Assembly (NCBI GenBank): GCA_004212155.1 | Contig: RXIG01000001.1 | Coordinates: 96,001 to 160,000 of the forward strand | DNA: 64,000 nt | Direction: 5' to 3' | Source of the DNA: an archaeon | GTDB lineage: Archaea > Methanobacteriota_B > Thermococci > Methanofastidiosales > NM3 | In this document: positions 37,944-48,431 of the stretch, in pieces | Layout of the letters: each line of letters begins with the position of its first letter | Position numbering within the stretch: position 1 is the stretch's first letter | Position numbers and translations under genes: made by a program | Notes under the pieces: generated by a model | Database searches by the model: none | Told to the model about the DNA's origin: nothing | The model's input: only the letters and a program-made list of their open reading frames with translations

Positions 37944-38912
37944 ATGAAAAAGCTTACCGTTCGCGTCAATCCCGAAAAGGCCAAGAATCTCTCAGAAGTG
38001 CTTGAAGACCATATCGTCTACGAGACAAACGAGAATGGCATCGCCAAGCTCGTCGCATACATACCCGACGACGCGGTCGATGATATCCTTACCGAACTTC
38101 ACAAACGGATCGACCTTCGCTACAAAAAGAACATTATCGAGGTCTCATCACCCAGCTTCGTTATCTCATCAGTCCTTAGCAAGGCAGACAAGAACAAGAA
38201 GGAAGAGGAGAAGACACCCGTCGAGCAGCTTCTGGAGCATGCCAATACATATTATCATTTTGATAAGGACAAAGTGGCCCTCATAGCAATTGCGAGCATC
38301 ATAGCGCTCGTCGGATTGTTCCAGAACAACGTGACGATCGTCATAGGGGCGATGCTGCTTGCCCCATTCGTCGGTCCCATTTACGCATTTACCATCAACA
38401 CGGCCGTGGGCAAGGGCAAGTGTGCCGTTCGCAACCTCTCTCAAATTGGACTGTATATTTCCATATCGTTTTTGATATCCTTGATATCGACCCTGATACT
38501 CGAAACTCGGTTCGACCTGGCGCTCACGCATGAGATCATGCTTCGTCTTGATACGAATCCCGTCTACATCCTTATGGCCGTCATGCTCGGCCTTGCTGCC
38601 GTCGTCTCATTCTCCAAGAGCATCTCGGAGGGTCTTGCCGGCGTTGCCATAGCCGCCGCCATTCTTCCTCCCGCAGTGACGGCGGGCATCATGGTCGCGA
38701 TCGTCCCACACGAAGCATTCAATGCAATCATACTGACGTTCCAAAATGTGATAGGACTGATGGCAGGAGGATTGATTGCCACCATCGTCCTTGACATCGT
38801 GCCACGAAGGGACAGGGAGCGCACCTTTGCGCGCAAAATGCTTGCGCGCATGCTCATCGCACTGGGCATAATGATCGTGGCGCTTGCCGTCGTCGCCGTC
38901 TTCTTCACGTGA
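37944..38912 (+). CDS. TIGR00341/DUF389 membrane protein
   Basis: VIGAMLLAP..GP and LAGVAIAAAILPP motifs. Confidence 0.88.
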   Translation: MKKLTVRVNPEKAKNLSEVLEDHIVYETNENGIAKLVAYIPDDAVDDILTELHKRIDLRYKKNIIEVSSPSFVISSVLSKADKNKKEEEKTPVEQLLEHANTYYHFDKDKVALIAIASIIALVGLFQNNVTIVIGAMLLAPFVGPIYAFTINTAVGKGKCAVRNLSQIGLYISISFLISLISTLILETRFDLALTHEIMLRLDTNPVYILMAVMLGLAAVVSFSKSISEGLAGVAIAAAILPPAVTAGIMVAIVPHEAFNAIILTFQNVIGLMAGGLIATIVLDIVPRRDRERTFARKMLARMLIALGIMIVALAVVAVFFT

Positions 38913-39084
38913 TGTCAAAAAACCCCGTTGCGAAAGCTTTTTAAACAAAAAAACAGGTGCTTAATCCGTTTTCCGCTCCTTGTAATAAAGGAGCAATGGA
39001 AAATATTTGTGTTCTGAACGAATTCAGATACATTTAAATACCTCGCGAATTTAAGGAATTAGCAGTTTCATTGAGGTGAACAAT

Positions 39085-39312
39085 ATGGCTGAACGACCAT
39101 TGGACATCATTCATAAATCAGTTGAGAAAAACGTCCTCGTTGAATTGAAGGGAGGACGCGAATTCCGTGGAAATCTTAAGGGTTACGATATTCATATGAA
39201 CCTTGTACTAGAGAACGCAGAAGAGCTCAGGGACGGACAGCTCATCCGTAAGCTTGGTTATGCGGTCGTCCGTGGCGACAACGTCGTGCTCATCTCTCCA
39301 GACCTGAGGTGA
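39085..39312 (+). CDS. lsm: Sm-like archaeal protein (Lsm/SmAP1)
   Basis: [17 protein letters not shown] and VRGDNV..ISP motifs; GAGGTGA SD. Confidence 0.95.
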   Translation: MAERPLDIIHKSVEKNVLVELKGGREFRGNLKGYDIHMNLVLENAEELRDGQLIRKLGYAVVRGDNVVLISPDLR

Positions 39313-39317
39313 AGGCA

Positions 39318-39485
39318 ATGACCAAGGGAACACCGTCACAGGGAAAGAGGAACTCCAAGGTGCATATTCGCTGCAGAAGGTGCGGCAACCATTCGTACCA
39401 CATACGCAAAAAGAGATGCAGCTCGTGTGGTTATGGAATCTCACGCAGGTTACGAACCTATGAATGGAACAAGTACGGTTTCTGA
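39318..39485 (+). CDS. rpl37e: 50S ribosomal protein L37e (not in ORF track)
   Basis: [40 protein letters not shown]...YEW, 55 aa; GAGGTGA SD; the usual lsm-rpl37e pair. Confidence 0.96.
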   Translation: MTKGTPSQGKRNSKVHIRCRRCGNHSYHIRKKRCSSCGYGISRRLRTYEWNKYGF

Positions 39486-40260
39486 TATACGCATTATCGT
39501 TGAAGGATTGAATGATGTCAGGAGGGTATGCGATGCACTCTCCGGATCGTTCCTTGGAAGCGACTATAACGCTTCTGTCACATCCATCATACCTACGACA
39601 GATGTTTCCATAGCCCATAGATCGGCGCAGGGGGCCCATGTCGTCATCATCGCCACCGATGCGGACGAAGCTGGCTCATCGCTTGCCAGGGCGCTGAGGG
39701 AACGGCTCGACGATGGCAGGTGCCTTGTCGAGACCGTCAGGCTCCCACAGGGTCAAAACATTGAGTATACTGACGCCGCCATGCTTCGCGAGGCCATTGA
39801 AAAGGCGATCGTTCGCGCCGGATTGGCAGGACTTGCGCGATATGTGCCTGCGGCAGCCGACAACGTGGACGATGGGGCGGATGCAGAATATGCGCCCGAT
39901 GAACCGGAATATGACTGGGACGACGATTCGTCGGACGAGGAGCCCGATAACGAGTCGGACGAGGAGGAGCTTCTCTACGAGATCAACCGCCTCGAGCTCG
40001 AGAACAAGAAGTATGCGTCGCGCATCGGCGACCTCGAGAATCGGCTCAACGAGATCATGATAGACTCCTATGGCAGATACAACATCGAAGAGGTGTGGGA
40101 GTCGCTCTTCGACGATCCCGTGCCCGATACGACGGAGTTGACTATGGCCGCATCGGAACTCTCTGACTCGGTTCACGTCTCCGGTAATTTTATATTTGCA
40201 CAGGGGCTCAAGGAAGTGGAAGTGTTCCTGAACGAATACAGGGATACCATCATGCAGTAA
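39460..40260 (+). CDS. Toprim-domain protein with acidic linker and coiled coil
   Basis: IRIIVEG..D and VIIATDAD..G toprim motifs; start uncertain, overlaps rpl37e. Confidence 0.75.
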   Translation: MNGTSTVSDIRIIVEGLNDVRRVCDALSGSFLGSDYNASVTSIIPTTDVSIAHRSAQGAHVVIIATDADEAGSSLARALRERLDDGRCLVETVRLPQGQNIEYTDAAMLREAIEKAIVRAGLAGLARYVPAAADNVDDGADAEYAPDEPEYDWDDDSSDEEPDNESDEEELLYEINRLELENKKYASRIGDLENRLNEIMIDSYGRYNIEEVWESLFDDPVPDTTELTMAASELSDSVHVSGNFIFAQGLKEVEVFLNEYRDTIMQ

Positions 40261-40261
40261 T

Positions 40262-40338
<77 letters not shown>

Positions 40339-40443
40339 TTACTCTTTTTCGTGTTAATTTTCGTTACACTCGACATTTCCGCCGTGATTTTCAAAACCTT
40401 TAATAGTCTTGGCGATGATAAGATACGTGGGAGGTGTTAGTCG

Positions 40444-41124
40444 TTGGACGAAAAGGAGAAGATTGCAGCATTGAGTAAGTTATCTACGGCCTCTGTGGCC
40501 GACGTCCTGAACGGAAAGGGCGTGTTTAGCTCTTCTATCAAACCGATAGTGCCTGGCAAGAAGGTAGTAGGCAAGGCGTATACCGCCACCACCCCTGCGG
40601 GGGACATGCTTACATGTTACTGGGCGCTCAATAAGTCGCTTGAGGGCTACGTCCTCATCATCGATGGCGGAGGATACACCGAGTCCGCTATATGGGGCAG
40701 CCTCATGACGCAGGAGGCCAAGGAGAAGAAGCTGGCCGGCGTCATCATCGATGGGTCCATCCGCGACTCGGACGGCGTGCGCGACGCGGGGTTTCCCGTC
40801 TTTGCGATTACGACAACGCCGCGGGATGGGTCGATCCGTGCCATCGGTGAGCTTGAAGTGCCCGTCACATGCGGCGGTGCCACCGTACATCCAGGCGATT
40901 ACATCATCGGTGACGATGATGGGGTAGTCGTCATCCCCGAGCGGCTTCTTGAAAAGGTCATCGATGGCGCAAAGGACGCCGAGGAAATGGAAAAGAGCAT
41001 ACAAAAGGAGCTTAAAAAGGGCAAGTCGCTCTACGACCTATTTAGCCTTGACCGCATGGTGCTCAAGAAGGAGCGCGAGGACGTCACACTGCTCAACGAG
41101 CTCTACCGCGACATGGGCCTTTGA
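40444..41124 (+). CDS. RraA/HMG aldolase family protein
   Basis: STASVAD, VGKAYT, AIWGSL, IIDG.IRD and VHPGD.IIGDDDGVVVIP motifs; TTG start after GGAGGTG. Confidence 0.88.
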   Translation: MDEKEKIAALSKLSTASVADVLNGKGVFSSSIKPIVPGKKVVGKAYTATTPAGDMLTCYWALNKSLEGYVLIIDGGGYTESAIWGSLMTQEAKEKKLAGVIIDGSIRDSDGVRDAGFPVFAITTTPRDGSIRAIGELEVPVTCGGATVHPGDYIIGDDDGVVVIPERLLEKVIDGAKDAEEMEKSIQKELKKGKSLYDLFSLDRMVLKKEREDVTLLNELYRDMGL

Positions 41125-41162
41125 TAGGAACGTTTTTATTTTTTCTTCCTTTTTCTCTATTG

Positions 41163-42107
41163 ATGGCCAAGGACGTGCTCACCTATCTCCTGGACAATCA
41201 GGACACGTATGTCTCTGGCGAGTATATTGCCCATAAGCTTGGCATCACTCGCCAAGCGGTCTCCAAGAGGATAACGCAGCTCAAGGAACAGGGGTTCGAT
41301 ATCGATTCACGCACCAACAAGGGTTATCGCGTCGTCTCGTATCCGGATGTCATCCTTCCCGAGCTCATCGAACGTGAGACGAGCTTTGGTCCCGTGGTAC
41401 ACTTCGATACCATCGACTCCACCAACATCCACGCACGAAAGTGCGCCCTGGACGGCTCGCCCGAGCGAACGCTTATCGTCGCAGAGGAACAAAAGGCGGG
41501 ACGGGGGCGCCTCGGACGAGAGTGGGTGTCGCCCAAGGGCGGCCTTTGGTTCTCATTCATTATCCGACCTCGATGCAATCCCGCATCGGCCCCCCTCATC
41601 AACTTCGTGGCAGCAAACGCCGTTGCCAAGACGGTCCATGATTTGTATGGCATCGATGTTTCGATGAAGTGGCCAAACGACATCTATTACGAGGATCGCA
41701 AGATGTGCGGCATAGCGTTGCTCGTTTCCTCCGACACCGACCTGATCCATTACCTCGTCGTCGGCATAGGGATCAACGTGAACAACGATCCCCCTCAACC
41801 GACGCATACGGTGTCGCTCAAGGACATCGTTTCGCGACCGATCGACCGCAACTCGCTGCTCATATCGGTACTCGACCATTTCAAGGACGAGTACGCCCAT
41901 TTCGAAAGGGGGGACTACGAGACGCTGCTCTCGTACTCGCGGAGTATCTCGAACACGATAGGCAGATTCGTCCGCGTGTCGTTTCTTGGCAGGGACGTCG
42001 TGGGGAAGGTCAGGGACATTAACGACCAGGGGGCGCTCGTGCTCGAACACGACGGAACGACGCATGTGGTCTATGCCGGTGATGTCGACTTCCTGCGTCC
42101 GCTCTAG
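41163..42107 (+). CDS. birA: Bifunctional biotin-protein ligase/repressor (HTH + BPL)
   Basis: SGEYIA..LGITRQAV, DSTN, QKAGRGRLGR.W.SP, KWPND and GIGINVN motifs. Confidence 0.94.
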   Translation: MAKDVLTYLLDNQDTYVSGEYIAHKLGITRQAVSKRITQLKEQGFDIDSRTNKGYRVVSYPDVILPELIERETSFGPVVHFDTIDSTNIHARKCALDGSPERTLIVAEEQKAGRGRLGREWVSPKGGLWFSFIIRPRCNPASAPLINFVAANAVAKTVHDLYGIDVSMKWPNDIYYEDRKMCGIALLVSSDTDLIHYLVVGIGINVNNDPPQPTHTVSLKDIVSRPIDRNSLLISVLDHFKDEYAHFERGDYETLLSYSRSISNTIGRFVRVSFLGRDVVGKVRDINDQGALVLEHDGTTHVVYAGDVDFLRPL

Positions 42108-42115
42108 GTGAGCTC

Positions 42116-43096
42116 ATGGAGTATCTGTTCTATCTCAACGGGGACCATCCGGACCTCGCACGCTACGAGATCACATCGCTACTCTCTGCATATGGACACG
42201 ATGTCTCGTTGCGCATCATCCACCCGCAGCTCGTGCTCCTCTCGTCGCGTGAGCTGCCGCGTCCTGCGCTAGAACGTCTGTCCCTGACCCATTCGGTGGG
42301 CACCTATATGGGGGGCATGGAGGCGTCCACAGGCTCTCTGGAGCCTTCCACGATCGAGCACATCATGTGCGATGACCCATTTAGTGTACGGATCAAGAAG
42401 CTGGACAAGGGTATCAACGCGATGGGGGAGGAGCGGCGGCTGGCGCGCCAGATACTATCCGTCGTGTCGGCTCCTGTCGATCTCGGCTCGCCTGCTCAGC
42501 GCATCGTCGGTTTTCATGTGGCGGGCACCATCCATGTCGCAAACGTGATCGCCTCGACGAGCGCGCAAGCGTTTGACGGAAGAAAACCCCAATACCGGCC
42601 ATACTTCCACCCATCTTCCCTCCATCCGCGCATCGCGCGCGTGCTGGTCAACATCTCACAGGCGAGAAGGGAGGTCTTCGATCCGTTCTGTGGGACCGGG
42701 GGGATCCTCATTGAGGCGGGATTGATGGGCCTTGAGACCTTCGGCATGGACATTGAGGAGAAGATGGTCATCGGAACGAGAGAGAACCTTGCCCATTTTG
42801 GCCTCGAAGGCGATGTTCGCAAAGGTGATGCGACGCGCATCGGGGACACGTTCGATGAACCGTTCGAGTGCATCGTCTCCGACCTACCCTATGGCAAGTC
42901 CACGGTGGTGGCAGGGGGAAGGGAGCGCCTCTACGCGCGTGCGTTCGAGCAGATGTATGAGCATTCCCTACACAGGCTCGTAACTGTCATTCCCGTATTT
43001 TTCGACTTCGCATCCCGCGGATACACGGTGGAATCTCATTTCACGATCCGCGTCCACAGGTCGCTTGAACGCCACATCCATGTATTGAGCCATTAG
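42116..43096 (+). CDS. trm11: tRNA (guanine-10-N2)-methyltransferase
   Basis: THUMP-like N-terminal part; RPYFHP.SL.PRIAR.LVN, DPFCGTGG, SDLPYG and RVHRSL.R motifs. Confidence 0.9.
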   Translation: MEYLFYLNGDHPDLARYEITSLLSAYGHDVSLRIIHPQLVLLSSRELPRPALERLSLTHSVGTYMGGMEASTGSLEPSTIEHIMCDDPFSVRIKKLDKGINAMGEERRLARQILSVVSAPVDLGSPAQRIVGFHVAGTIHVANVIASTSAQAFDGRKPQYRPYFHPSSLHPRIARVLVNISQARREVFDPFCGTGGILIEAGLMGLETFGMDIEEKMVIGTRENLAHFGLEGDVRKGDATRIGDTFDEPFECIVSDLPYGKSTVVAGGRERLYARAFEQMYEHSLHRLVTVIPVFFDFASRGYTVESHFTIRVHRSLERHIHVLSH

Positions 43097-43190
43097 CAGC
43101 GGCTCAATCGGCATTGTTTGATATGTTTTTCTACTTTCTTTCTTTATTTTTTGAGAAAATAATATAAGAGTGGAGAATAGAGTTATTATA

Positions 43191-44222
43191 ATGAACCCAT
43201 CCATGAAAAAATACACAGTGGCCATATTCGTAGTCATCCTTTTTTCTTCGCTGCTTTCAGGTTGTATCGGTGGTGATTCAGACGATACCTCCGACAGGGA
43301 TGGTGATGGTGTCCAGGACACATACGATGCATGCCCCGATATCCCGGGCGAACCAACGAATCAAGGATGCCCCACCACGACACCGGCGCCCACGACGACC
43401 TCTCCGCCTACGACCACCGCAGCTCCCACCACGACACCTGCGCCCACGACGACCGCAGCCCCCACTACTACAGCCCCGCCTACCATTACCATATTTCCAA
43501 CATTCACAGCGTTTCCCACATACACCCTTCCACCAGACTTTTACAAGTTCTTCTGGTTGGGAGAGTGGGAACGAGAGGGGGTAACAAAGATCACGGGGAC
43601 GACCAAGGTGTGGATCGTCTATGATGAAGATAACAATCTCGAGGTCCACTACTTCGTGCGTTGCTTCCCGACATCGTGTTACATGGGCTACTTCCGAGCC
43701 TTCTACAGCGATGGCGACCTCGTTGGCATCATGAACTTCTCCGACAGACAGGAGCTCCTAACACTTGAACGGAACAGCGATGGCACGATCTCGTTCACAC
43801 GACAGGGATTCTATACGTCTGACGGCGGTGAGGACTATGAACAGACTTCAACGCTCGAGAAGACGGCAGCGCTGTCAAGCCTTCCCGAGGATCATTACAT
43901 CGAATCATTCACTGGCATGTGGATCGATTTTGACAATACCCACTTCCTAAGCTCCGTCAACATAACAAAGATAGACCCCAAGACGCTCGAGGTGCGCGTC
44001 TATGAGCACTGTACACCAGACAACTGTTACTGGGGCATAGACCAGTCGAACTTCTATCCGGGCGGCGTATCGTTTGACCTGACCAACCTCAATGGCGATG
44101 AGCTCTCACTTGACATCACTTTGACGGAAACAGGTGGGTTGCATGTCGAGTGGGACCTCGCGTATAAAGGTGGCGGAGTTGCCGCAGGCACACAGACGCT
44201 GGTGAAGATCATCTATCTTTGA
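43191..44222 (+). CDS. Lipoprotein with Ca-binding DxDGDG motif, Pro/Thr linker and duplicated C-terminal domain
   Basis: Lipobox LLSGC, DRDGDGVQDTYDACP, PTTTxx repeats and two copies of G.W...L(E)V....C.P..CY.G. Confidence 0.8.
   Translation: MNPSMKKYTVAIFVVILFSSLLSGCIGGDSDDTSDRDGDGVQDTYDACPDIPGEPTNQGCPTTTPAPTTTSPPTTTAAPTTTPAPTTTAAPTTTAPPTITIFPTFTAFPTYTLPPDFYKFFWLGEWEREGVTKITGTTKVWIVYDEDNNLEVHYFVRCFPTSCYMGYFRAFYSDGDLVGIMNFSDRQELLTLERNSDGTISFTRQGFYTSDGGEDYEQTSTLEKTAALSSLPEDHYIESFTGMWIDFDNTHFLSSVNITKIDPKTLEVRVYEHCTPDNCYWGIDQSNFYPGGVSFDLTNLNGDELSLDITLTETGGLHVEWDLAYKGGGVAAGTQTLVKIIYL
43371..43490 (+). repeat. Degenerate 18-bp coding tandem repeat (PTTT[PSA][AP] x6)
   Basis: CCCACCACGACACCGGCG-like units encoding PTTTPA PTTTSP PTTTAA PTTTPA PTTTAA PTTTAP. 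Confidence 0.85.
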
Positions 44223-44240
44223 TCGTTCATTCTTTTTTTC

Positions 44241-44432
44241 TTATTTTTTCTTTCTCCGCTTGTCATGCAGGAGCGCCCCGTCGATACCTACGTTCTCAGC
44301 AGCATTCTCCTTGATCAAGACGGTGATAGAAGATATACCGTACTCTTCTGATGCCGCTCTCGTGAGCCGTTCAACTAATCTTCGCTTCGTCTCTATGCCA
44401 ATGGGCGGGCCTTCTACAATAATCGTTGGCAT
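44241..44432 (-). CDS. 4-oxalocrotonate tautomerase family (archaeal DmpI-like)
   Basis: MPTIIVEGP (catalytic Pro1), KRRLVERLT and VLIKEN..ENVG motifs. Confidence 0.88.
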   Translation of the reverse strand: MPTIIVEGPPIGIETKRRLVERLTRAASEEYGISSITVLIKENAAENVGIDGALLHDKRRKKK

Positions 44433-44516
44433 TCGTAACACCATTCATCCTTCTACAAACACCTTTTTGTACGTTACCCAACAAAAGCATGGCTCAGACA
44501 AATGGTGCTCGTTTTT

Positions 44517-45011
44517 TTACGATGTGAACTGAAGCGTGGGCAGCGTGGTATTGATTGCTTCCTCAAGCGAAGAAGGCGATTCTGCAAGATAGAGGAATTG
44601 ATAGATGTAATCGCCACGGGCGGTAAGAAACAGTGCCGACTCGTATGTGGAAGTCTCGTCCTGGTAGCTCATGTCGAGCCGTTCGAACGTCACCCCTCCG
44701 TATGTCGCCTCGGACGTATCCCGCACGATGTATGATTCGTTATCGTTGAAGTTGTCTTTGATCTTTTGTATCTGTTCAGATACGTCCTTGTCTCCTAAAA
44801 AGCTCTCCCGTATGCCGAGGGCCGGCATGCCATTGGTGCCATAAAACATCTTCTCATCGACGGATTCGTCCCAGTGGGCAGGATAGGATATCTTGTATCC
44901 TCGGTCCTCATAGATAAAGGTCTTGAGGCCGTCGTTTGTCACGACCTTGCCGCCACCGGTGATGCATCCCATCACCATCACTGCACACATAAGCGCGAGG
45001 TATCGTTTCAC
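44517..45011 (-). CDS. PsbP/Mog1-like lipoprotein
   Basis: Lipobox VMGC, GYKISYPAHW and C-terminal TLQF. Confidence 0.65.
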   Translation of the reverse strand: MKRYLALMCAVMVMGCITGGGKVVTNDGLKTFIYEDRGYKISYPAHWDESVDEKMFYGTNGMPALGIRESFLGDKDVSEQIQKIKDNFNDNESYIVRDTSEATYGGVTFERLDMSYQDETSTYESALFLTARGDYIYQFLYLAESPSSLEEAINTTLPTLQFTS

Positions 45012-45373
45012 GCACTTATCTCGTTTATGTACTTTTTAAACATTGTCAATCTATGGGCTGCACATAGTGAAGGATGGAACTTCAAGCCCTCATCGACTGA
45101 CCAAACAGTATTTTTTTTCTCAATTTTTATATGTATGCCGTTCCATTTTACATTTATAATATACTCCATCATTCATGACGTCAACGCATATCAAATACGA
45201 ATAATGGCTCTACAAGGCGAATAATTTGTATAAGACTCGCTATAATGGAGAACGCATTCTCTAATGCACCTGGAGGATGAGGGCGTTATGTGCAAAGCTC
45301 AACCTTAGGGACAGGGTATTTATATCCACACATGAGAATGATTTCAATAGAAAATGTATTACATGGTGGTAAT

Positions 45374-46465
45374 ATGTCCTCTTTTAAGGAACAAGTAGAA
45401 GAATGTACCGAATGTGGAGAGTGCAATTTGGTTTGCCCAGTTTGCGCAGTTGATGACAGGGTAATATTCGGCCCCGAACACAAGATCAAGCTCCTGGCCA
45501 AGATAGAGGCGAATGGGCAGCTCAGTCAGGAGGAGATCGACTCCATCTATCTCTGCACCCGCTGTGGTGTATGCAACGATGTATGTCCGGTGGACATAGA
45601 TATATACAACATCGTACAGTATGAACGCTCGCTCCTGGCAAAACAAGGTCGCGAACCGGATAAGACAAAGCACATCACGAACAACATATTGACCAAGTAC
45701 AATCCTAAAGGACTTGACAACGAGGAAAGGGAATCGATGTGGGTCACCGATGATCTCGAGTTCTCGGACGACTCCTCGCTTGGCTACATGGCAGGATGCT
45801 GGGTGGCCTTCAAGAACCCACATATCGCCCAGGACACGGTGCGACTTCTCAACACTAGTGGCGTCAAGCCGCGTCTGATACCCGACGAGCGCTGTTGCGG
45901 GCTCTTTGTCATCGATAATGGCCATCTCGAGGAAGCACGTGATTACGCCAAATCATACACGGACTACCTCGAGTCGCTAGGCATCAAACGTTTGCTTGTA
46001 TCATGTCCTTCATGCTACAATGTTTTGAATAATCTCTACCCTGGCCTCTATAGGAAACCGAAATATGAGGTCGTCCACGCTATTGCCTACTTCAAGGAAC
46101 TCTACGATGCAGGAAAACTCGACTTCAACAACATGGGCGAGAAGGTCATGATCAAAGATGCGTGCCCGATGAAAGATCACTACGACATGGCAAGGGAGCT
46201 ACTCGATGCCGCAGGATACTCTGTTTTTGACCCATTTGATAAGAAAGGATTTTGTTGCGGGGCCCCTGCAGGAGTGAAGCCGAACTACCCGGAGATCTCA
46301 AATGCCATAGGCAAGTATTCCCTCGACAAGAGGGGCGATGCCACAAGCGTCGTGACATACTGTCCCTTCTGTATGCATCACTTCGATGGTGTACGGGAGG
46401 CGTACGACATTGAAACTCCCATCGAGGATATCGCCTCACTTCTATGGCGCGCAATGAAAAAGTAG
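45374..46465 (+). CDS. Fe-S oxidoreductase, HdrC/HdrD-GlpC-like (2x[4Fe-4S] plus CCG domains)
   Basis: CTECGECNLVCP, CTRCGVCNDVCP, ERCCG, SCPSC, FCCG and YCPFC motifs. Confidence 0.88.
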   Translation: MSSFKEQVEECTECGECNLVCPVCAVDDRVIFGPEHKIKLLAKIEANGQLSQEEIDSIYLCTRCGVCNDVCPVDIDIYNIVQYERSLLAKQGREPDKTKHITNNILTKYNPKGLDNEERESMWVTDDLEFSDDSSLGYMAGCWVAFKNPHIAQDTVRLLNTSGVKPRLIPDERCCGLFVIDNGHLEEARDYAKSYTDYLESLGIKRLLVSCPSCYNVLNNLYPGLYRKPKYEVVHAIAYFKELYDAGKLDFNNMGEKVMIKDACPMKDHYDMARELLDAAGYSVFDPFDKKGFCCGAPAGVKPNYPEISNAIGKYSLDKRGDATSVVTYCPFCMHHFDGVREAYDIETPIEDIASLLWRAMKK

Positions 46466-46470
46466 GCGCC

Positions 46471-47415
46471 CTATTCTATGACCCCCTCTTCGTAGGGGGC
46501 CTCTCTTGGTTTTGCACGGCTCTCCTGAATGATGATACCGGTAGCAACGATGATCAGCGCACCCCCTATGATGGTGCCCGGATTGACCTTCTCAGCAAGT
46601 ATGAGGTATGCCCAGATGCCGCTGAGCACGCCCTCCAGGAGGACGATGACCGACGCCTTGGCAGCTTCCAGGTGACGTAGGGCGATGTTATAGAGGATAA
46701 ACGAGAGAGCGGTGCAGAAGCTGCCCATGATAAAGAGCATGGCCAATGAATATCCTGTTATCATCCCAGATGTTCCTCCGAATGGGAGGGTGATGATAGC
46801 AGCGAAGAGGAAGAGCCAGAACGTCGATGTGATGCCCTCATGCGTTTTTCCAAGCAGCCGCATGGCAATGGTGTACGTTGCCCATCCGAATCCCGATGCC
46901 GTTGCGACGAGGTCACCGAAGAAATGGGTCCCACCGAACTCGACGGCACCGCCATAATCATACCAAAGGATGAGAAATCCGCCTGTGATGCCGATGAGTA
47001 CAGCCAACGTCGTGCGGCGCGTGATGTCCTCCTTTAGAAAGAAGTATGATATGATGAGCACATAGATCGGTGCAAGTTGCTGTAGGAAGACGGTGTTTGC
47101 GATCGTGGTGTTTTTGATGCCCACGGTATAAGTGTAGATCGTGAATGCGATGAGGACGCCCGGGATGATGAGACGTACGAGCTCGGACTTGGAGACCCGA
47201 AGCATTGGCAGACGTTTTGTCACCACCGCATAGAGCAACAGCACGAGCGATGCGAAAATGAAACGGTATAGGATGATGAGCCCGGAGCTCAATTCAGGGA
47301 CCTGTCTGACAAAGATGCCAAGGATGCTCCATAGGACGACGCCTATGAACGTGTATATCACCCCCCTGACGTCGTCTTGTACATCCATCATCTCACCTTC
47401 CGTATTATCTCCCAT
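46471..47415 (-). CDS. DMT/EamA family transporter
   Basis: About 10 TM in two repeats; APIYVLIISYFFLKE and ILAEKV...IIGGALI motifs. Confidence 0.88.
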   Translation of the reverse strand: MGDNTEGEMMDVQDDVRGVIYTFIGVVLWSILGIFVRQVPELSSGLIILYRFIFASLVLLLYAVVTKRLPMLRVSKSELVRLIIPGVLIAFTIYTYTVGIKNTTIANTVFLQQLAPIYVLIISYFFLKEDITRRTTLAVLIGITGGFLILWYDYGGAVEFGGTHFFGDLVATASGFGWATYTIAMRLLGKTHEGITSTFWLFLFAAIITLPFGGTSGMITGYSLAMLFIMGSFCTALSFILYNIALRHLEAAKASVIVLLEGVLSGIWAYLILAEKVNPGTIIGGALIIVATGIIIQESRAKPREAPYEEGVIE

Positions 47416-47504
47416 CGTCGCCTTTCATTAAAGCTTTTTGGTCTTTTTGTCTTTTGCTGACGAAACGATGCTTTTTTTAACTCGTTGGGGATAGTGGTAA
47501 GCAC

Positions 47505-47729
47505 ATGAAGATCTATGTCGTTATAAGGGTCGATGAGCATGACATCCTCTATGTCGACTCCGTGGGTAATGAGGTGAGCGCTGGCCTCAAGGAGGAACGC
47601 GAGGTCATACTCGTCACGACGGATGCATCACGTGCACATGACGCCTTCGACACGCCGACAGGATTCAGGAGAATCCTTGAAGTGTGGGAGGATGAGGAAC
47701 GTACCGAACAGAAGGAATCATACAAGTAA
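47505..47729 (+). CDS. Small hypothetical protein
   Basis: 74-aa ORF with TATA (TTTTTTAA ~47473-47480), GTGGT SD-like sequence and T-rich terminator. Confidence 0.6.
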   Translation: MKIYVVIRVDEHDILYVDSVGNEVSAGLKEEREVILVTTDASRAHDAFDTPTGFRRILEVWEDEERTEQKESYK

Positions 47730-47821
47730 GCACACTACCTTTTTATTGTGCCGCGCCATATACAATATATGCATTATGATATGGTGCTAGCAACATTAAT
47801 TGTTTGCCTGGAGTTGTGGTA

Positions 47822-48004
47822 ATGGCAATTGATATCGTATCCATCATCGTTCTCATCGTGTTGATATTCCTGGTCGTGGCCATCATCAAGAAGTTCCTCT
47901 GGCTCATCGTATTGCTCATAATGCTTGCGATAGTATTGACGGTGGCCAGAAGGTATGATGCGCTGCCTGACTTCTTAACTGCCGTGTTACAATTATATAT
48001 GTAA
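47822..48004 (+). CDS. Small 2-TM hypothetical protein
   Basis: MAIDIVSIIVLIVLIFLVVAIIKKFLWLIVLL...; SD-like GTGGT upstream. Confidence 0.55.
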   Translation: MAIDIVSIIVLIVLIFLVVAIIKKFLWLIVLLIMLAIVLTVARRYDALPDFLTAVLQLYM

Positions 48005-48431
48005 ACAGCGAGATTGCCTCGCCCTTACCAGGAAGTCAAAAGCATAGATTAGGTCATGGATCATCGTATTTTCTATTAGCATACGTATAGCCCCCATGGC
48101 TTGGCGCGCATGTGCAGTAGCTATGAATGGCGATGAGAGATGCATCCCCGACGCGGAGAGTCTCTTGTCCATCTGGCCCTAGTACTACCTCTTCATGTTG
48201 TCTTTAAGGGAAAAAGGGGCGTTACCACCTTGCCAGGGAGGTAGTCGTTTGCAAGAACGGCGAGTAGCACTCGCTCAGCCCTTTCCGTTACACATGGCGG
48301 TGGAACTGCTCCGCCACATCGTACTGTTCCTTGTTCACACCTTCAGCCCGCACCGCTGAGGATATCATAGGTGAAAGTTGAAAGGGGAACGAGAAAATAT
48401 ATTGCTTTAAATCCTAAATGATGAGAAAAAG

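Noticed and set aside
48130-48176. GCGATGA...CCGA...CTGG weak C/D-like pattern
   Set aside because: The C, C' and D boxes are all non-canonical and there is no terminal stem.
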